From positions 1 through 44,379 of IMG/VR virus record IMGVR_UViG_3300045988_028516: DNA of 44,379 nucleotides; one strand, given 5' to 3'. This document shows, one piece after another, positions 41,543-44,379 of the stretch (within the stretch, counting starts at the first letter, position 1; each line of letters begins with the position of its first letter). This DNA is from a virus. Made by a program: the position numbers and the translations under genes. The notes under the pieces were generated by a model. The model ran no database searches and was not told the origin of the DNA. It saw nothing but the letters and a program-made list of their open reading frames with translations.

Positions 41543-42062
41543 TGTTCATCCGAGCCAGCTCGTCAGGCGTCAAGGTCTCGATTCCGAGGCTTTTTGCATC
41601 CTGCACAGCCATATCGATAATCCGGCTCATTTGCTTCGCGTTGTATCGAGACGAGCCGTAATAGGCTCTGACAACAACGCCGTCACCGTCCTGCTGATAG
41701 TCAACTTCTTCGGTCGGCCAGCCAGTCCCGAGCATCGACCACGCCGTCCGGAACGTCGGCGCGTCCTCTCTTGTGAGGTGGAAGTCCTTAAATACGCCGA
41801 CCGACTTGATATAGTCGATGTATATGTCTTCTTTCGTCCGTCCGAGCTTGTCCGCGATCTGATCGCAGAGCTGCCAGAAGTAGTTGTTTGAATCAAGGCT
41901 GCGCTTCTTGCGGAACTCCTTGATCTCCGCAACGTACTTCTTTCCGGGAATCATCGTTGCAAGAAACATCTGCGCTTTTGCGGGGACGTCCGCGCGGATG
42001 CGAAGCCATGTACCAGCAGAGTCTAGCGACCAATCGGCGGCGGTAAAGGTTATATCAACCAT
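41499..42062 (-). CDS. NinB/Orf-family recombination mediator-like protein
   Basis: KRSLDSNNYFWQLCDQIA and GSSRYNAKQMSRIIDMAVQDAKSLGIETLTPDE parallel lambda NinB's RSLDQNRKLWACLGDVS and STSRMRVGEFAELLELIQAFG. Confidence 0.6.
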   Translation of the reverse strand: MVDITFTAADWSLDSAGTWLRIRADVPAKAQMFLATMIPGKKYVAEIKEFRKKRSLDSNNYFWQLCDQIADKLGRTKEDIYIDYIKSVGVFKDFHLTREDAPTFRTAWSMLGTGWPTEEVDYQQDGDGVVVRAYYGSSRYNAKQMSRIIDMAVQDAKSLGIETLTPDELARMNIEWGERAAQTDKGN

Positions 42063-42777
42063 TTTGCACCTGCTTCATGTAGCAGTCCCAGCACAGACAA
42101 CGTCCGTACTTCTTTGTCGTGTTTTCCGCGATCGACCATGCGGAATACTTCTTGCCGTCGAAAACAGTTGGCTCTACTGCGTTTCCGCAGTCCGCGCAGC
42201 GGAAGCCCGTCTGGCGTTCCTGCTTCTTCGGCTGCTCCGGCTCCTTTGCGGGCGGTGCTGCCCTTGTTCCGTGCCCGAAGGTATACACGACACGCCCGCG
42301 TGAGGTCAGAGTCAGCGTCTTGATGCGCTCCGCATCATCGTAACTGATTTCCGACACGTCAAATCGGTCATTGCACTGCCATCTGCCCTTGTCGTTCTTT
42401 TTCAGTCGTTCGCAAAGGGCAGCGTCAACCCAAATGAACGGAGCGGAATACAGCTCACGCCCGATTCCGTGCTTGAATCCAGCACGCTTGAAAGCGTCTG
42501 ACGCGCGGCCTTTTTCAGCCTCGGTGTTGCTCTCGGTGCCAGCATCCCATTTCCACACAAGATGCCCGTTCCCGATGTAGTCGATGCCGATTCCGCCGTA
42601 TAGGACGCCATCGACCAGTTTGAAATCGTTCTCCCAATTTTGGGAGCCTACGGTTTCATCCAAAATGTCTGCGTCCGTCCGTGCCGTCTTGTAAAGCAGG
42701 ATGGACGCGCCTTTTTCGTTGCACTGCGCAACGCGGCACTCAATCTCATCCGGCCTCAGTGTCCGAAACTGTTTCAT
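42055..42777 (-). CDS. Rad52/Sak-family single-strand annealing protein with a C-terminal zinc ribbon
   Basis: EAEKGRASDAFKRAGFKHGIGRELY is the Rad52_Rad22 signature. SD GGAGGG. Confidence 0.8.
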   Translation of the reverse strand: MKQFRTLRPDEIECRVAQCNEKGASILLYKTARTDADILDETVGSQNWENDFKLVDGVLYGGIGIDYIGNGHLVWKWDAGTESNTEAEKGRASDAFKRAGFKHGIGRELYSAPFIWVDAALCERLKKNDKGRWQCNDRFDVSEISYDDAERIKTLTLTSRGRVVYTFGHGTRAAPPAKEPEQPKKQERQTGFRCADCGNAVEPTVFDGKKYSAWSIAENTTKKYGRCLCWDCYMKQVQNG

Positions 42778-43060
42778 TGTTTCCCTCCGTTATTCTGCAT
42801 CGTGAATTTCGTTCGCTATTGTCAAGTGCCTTTCCGGACAACGCCTTATCATCCGCCCAGTCGGAATAATCGTCAATCGGAATTAGCGGGCAACTGTGAC
42901 CGGCTCCGCGTGTGTCACTCAGATATTCACCAGTTAATCTGCACTGCTTTCTCTGGTAGACCTCCATGCACGGGCATGTTTCGCAGCGAACCGGTCCGTC
43001 CCAAAACGTGATCTTTGCAATCGCAAGCTCATATTTTGTGCAGCCGCTTGAATAGCTCAT
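42746..43060 (-). CDS. Hypothetical Cys-rich protein
   Basis: 104-aa ORF. Confidence 0.45.
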   Translation of the reverse strand: MSYSSGCTKYELAIAKITFWDGPVRCETCPCMEVYQRKQCRLTGEYLSDTRGAGHSCPLIPIDDYSDWADDKALSGKALDNSERNSRCRITEGNNETVSDTEAG

Positions 43061-43291
43061 TCAACCACCTCGTTCGTAAGTTTTTTTGACATAGCCAAGC
43101 GCCTCCAGAATGTTCCGCGTACCCAACTGCTCCACAAGCAGAGAAATGATGCTGTTCCGGCTGTCATAGTTGTCATCCAGCGGGTCGGCGAAGATTCCTT
43201 CATCGCCCTCCCAATATTCCTCCCCGGCGTAAATCTCCACGCCGAACAGGTCGTAAATGTACGCCGACTCCGGCGGTTCAAAGTTGCTCAT
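43061..43291 (-). CDS. Hypothetical acidic protein
   Basis: 76-aa ORF. Confidence 0.5.
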   Translation of the reverse strand: MSNFEPPESAYIYDLFGVEIYAGEEYWEGDEGIFADPLDDNYDSRNSIISLLVEQLGTRNILEALGYVKKTYERGG

Positions 43292-43502
43292 CGCTGTCCT
43301 CCAAACTGTACTCAGCGTAGTGCGTTACCTCGCCGAATCTGTTTCTTCCTGTTACGATTTTGCTTTTGATCTGGTGCCCATCTTGGCGAAGGTCGCATAT
43401 TCTAGCGCCAAGCCGGAGACACCCGTATTCCCTAATCGCGTCCATCGGCGTGATCGTGCCGAACTCGCGCAGATGCCGAAGCACCTTTTCGCACTGCGTC
43501 AT
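43278..43502 (-). CDS. Small winged-helix/HTH protein
   Basis: ATG 43502 (ATGA overlap). MTQCEKVLRHLREFGTITPMDAIREYGCLRLGARICDLRQDGHQI. Confidence 0.6.
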   Translation of the reverse strand: MTQCEKVLRHLREFGTITPMDAIREYGCLRLGARICDLRQDGHQIKSKIVTGRNRFGEVTHYAEYSLEDSDEQL

Positions 43503-43765
43503 GGCTCGTAAAACGCAACAGCGCCGAAGCCGAAGATGGCGGCAACGCCGCAGGTGACAAGCGCAGACTTCGGAAATCCGAAGCCGAAGAAAACGGCAGA
43601 CGCGCCAGCCGCCATACAGGCGACAACGACACAAACGGCCTCAGCCATTTTCAGAGCGTTGCTTCTGTGCTTCTGCTTCTTGACGATCACTTCCCAGCGT
43701 TCGCCAAGCTCATGCTCTCTTACGCGACGGTGATTCCGCTCAGTGATGATCTCAACGTCTTCCAT
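43499..43765 (-). CDS. Small membrane protein (two TM helices)
   Basis: ATG 43765. The C-terminal half is AVCVVVACMAAGASAVFFGFGF...CGVAAIFGFGAVAF. Confidence 0.5.
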   Translation of the reverse strand: MEDVEIITERNHRRVREHELGERWEVIVKKQKHRSNALKMAEAVCVVVACMAAGASAVFFGFGFPKSALVTCGVAAIFGFGAVAFYEP

Positions 43766-43766
43766 G

Positions 43767-44379
43767 TCAGCCCTCCCCAAAAAACTCTGCAAATTTTGTA
43801 GCGTTATACTGGCCTTTTGTCACCTCGATCATCTCGCGCACGGTGTAGGCCTCCTGCAATTTGTCTCCAAGGCTCTGCGCGAACTGCTCTGTACCAGCTC
43901 TGCACGCGCCCGTGATAATGCGATACATTGTTTTCGCATCTTCAAGCGGGATTTTCGCGTCGAGTGAAATCCCCTTATACTGACCCGCACCACGCTCAGC
44001 CGCTTTTTTGAATGCAATATCCGCAATTCCGTCGCGGAGCGTTTTGCAGTGCGCATAAATCTTTCCGTCGCTTACTACGTTACGGTTCTTGATCTTTCCA
44101 ACATACAAGGTGTATTCGCCAATCTTGCGCTTTTTGGAAACATGTGTGAGAATGCCGTCACAATACAAATACCGTCCGGCAACATAATCACCATCTTGCA
44201 ATGACTTGACCTTTCGCATTTCCTCTGACGTGATCTGCGTGCCGCCCAGGTAGATACTGTCGCCGACCGTAAGGTTGTCCGGCAAAGATGTGATCTGCGT
44301 GCCGCCCAGGTCGAGCCAGCCGCCGACCGTAAGGTTGTCCGGCAAAGATGTGATCTGCGTGCCGCGCAGGTCGAGACTG
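43767..44379 (-). CDS. LRR-like repeat protein, C-terminal part (repeats plus a unique domain of about 150 aa)
   Basis: The frame is open to the window end and in phase with 1..237. The circular joint gives a protein of about 264 aa. Confidence 0.75.
   Translation of the reverse strand, partial: SLDLRGTQITSLPDNLTVGGWLDLGGTQITSLPDNLTVGDSIYLGGTQITSEEMRKVKSLQDGDYVAGRYLYCDGILTHVSKKRKIGEYTLYVGKIKNRNVVSDGKIYAHCKTLRDGIADIAFKKAAERGAGQYKGISLDAKIPLEDAKTMYRIITGACRAGTEQFAQSLGDKLQEAYTVREMIEVTKGQYNATKFAEFFGEG
44230..44379. repeat. 60-bp coding repeats (one partial copy, one full copy, and a 55-bp copy identical to 1..55)
   Basis: 44265..44324 is a full unit. 44325..44379 equals 1..55. Confidence 0.95.

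Larger units (their letters stand above)
1..44379. mobile_element. Temperate siphovirus-like phage genome (integrase, repressor switch, terminase-to-lysis late operon); probably circular or circularly permuted
   Basis: Complete set of phage modules. Bases 1..55 are identical to 44325..44379. Confidence 0.85.

Overview
The window looks like a complete temperate siphovirus-type phage genome from a Gram-positive (Clostridia-like) host, with about 52% GC and strong GGAGG ribosome-binding sites. The first 55 bp are identical to the last 55 bp and keep one gene in frame, so the molecule is probably circular or circularly permuted, with a unit length of about 44,324 bp. Layout: (i) A plus-strand lysogeny module at 1411..4936 holds a CI-like XRE repressor, a zinc-ribbon membrane protein, a membrane-anchored HTH protein and a tyrosine integrase. 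It is followed by an AT-rich attP-like region carrying a tRNA 3' fragment. (ii) A minus-strand three-gene cargo cassette sits at 5227..6576. (iii) A plus-strand type III toxin-antitoxin locus (ToxIN/AbiQ-like) at 6746..7507 has a promoter, two 37-nt direct repeats, a terminator and a 170-aa ToxN-family ORF. (iv) A long minus-strand late operon at 7509..27988 runs TerS, TerL, a four-member tRNA cluster, portal, minor head protein, scaffold, capsid, connectors, major tail protein, frameshifted chaperone, tape measure, tail tip and fibre genes, then a PBSX-like lysis cassette. (v) An opposite-strand cassette at 28382..31540 has an RHH regulator divergent from a five-gene operon that ends in an FtsK/SpoIIIE-like ATPase. 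(vi) A minus-strand early/replication region at 31556..44379 wraps to 1..911. It encodes Rad52/Sak-like, NinB-like, SSB, DUF1376-like, PAPS-reductase-like, ASCH, ThyX-like, RuvC-like and HNH proteins, small HTH regulators, and an LRR-like repeat protein. The items most worth follow-up are the phage-borne type III TA, two non-canonical tRNA-like genes in the tRNA cluster, the RHH/FtsK-like cassette of unknown function, and intrinsic terminators placed inside the late operon. All homology statements come from motif recognition by eye; no database search was run.
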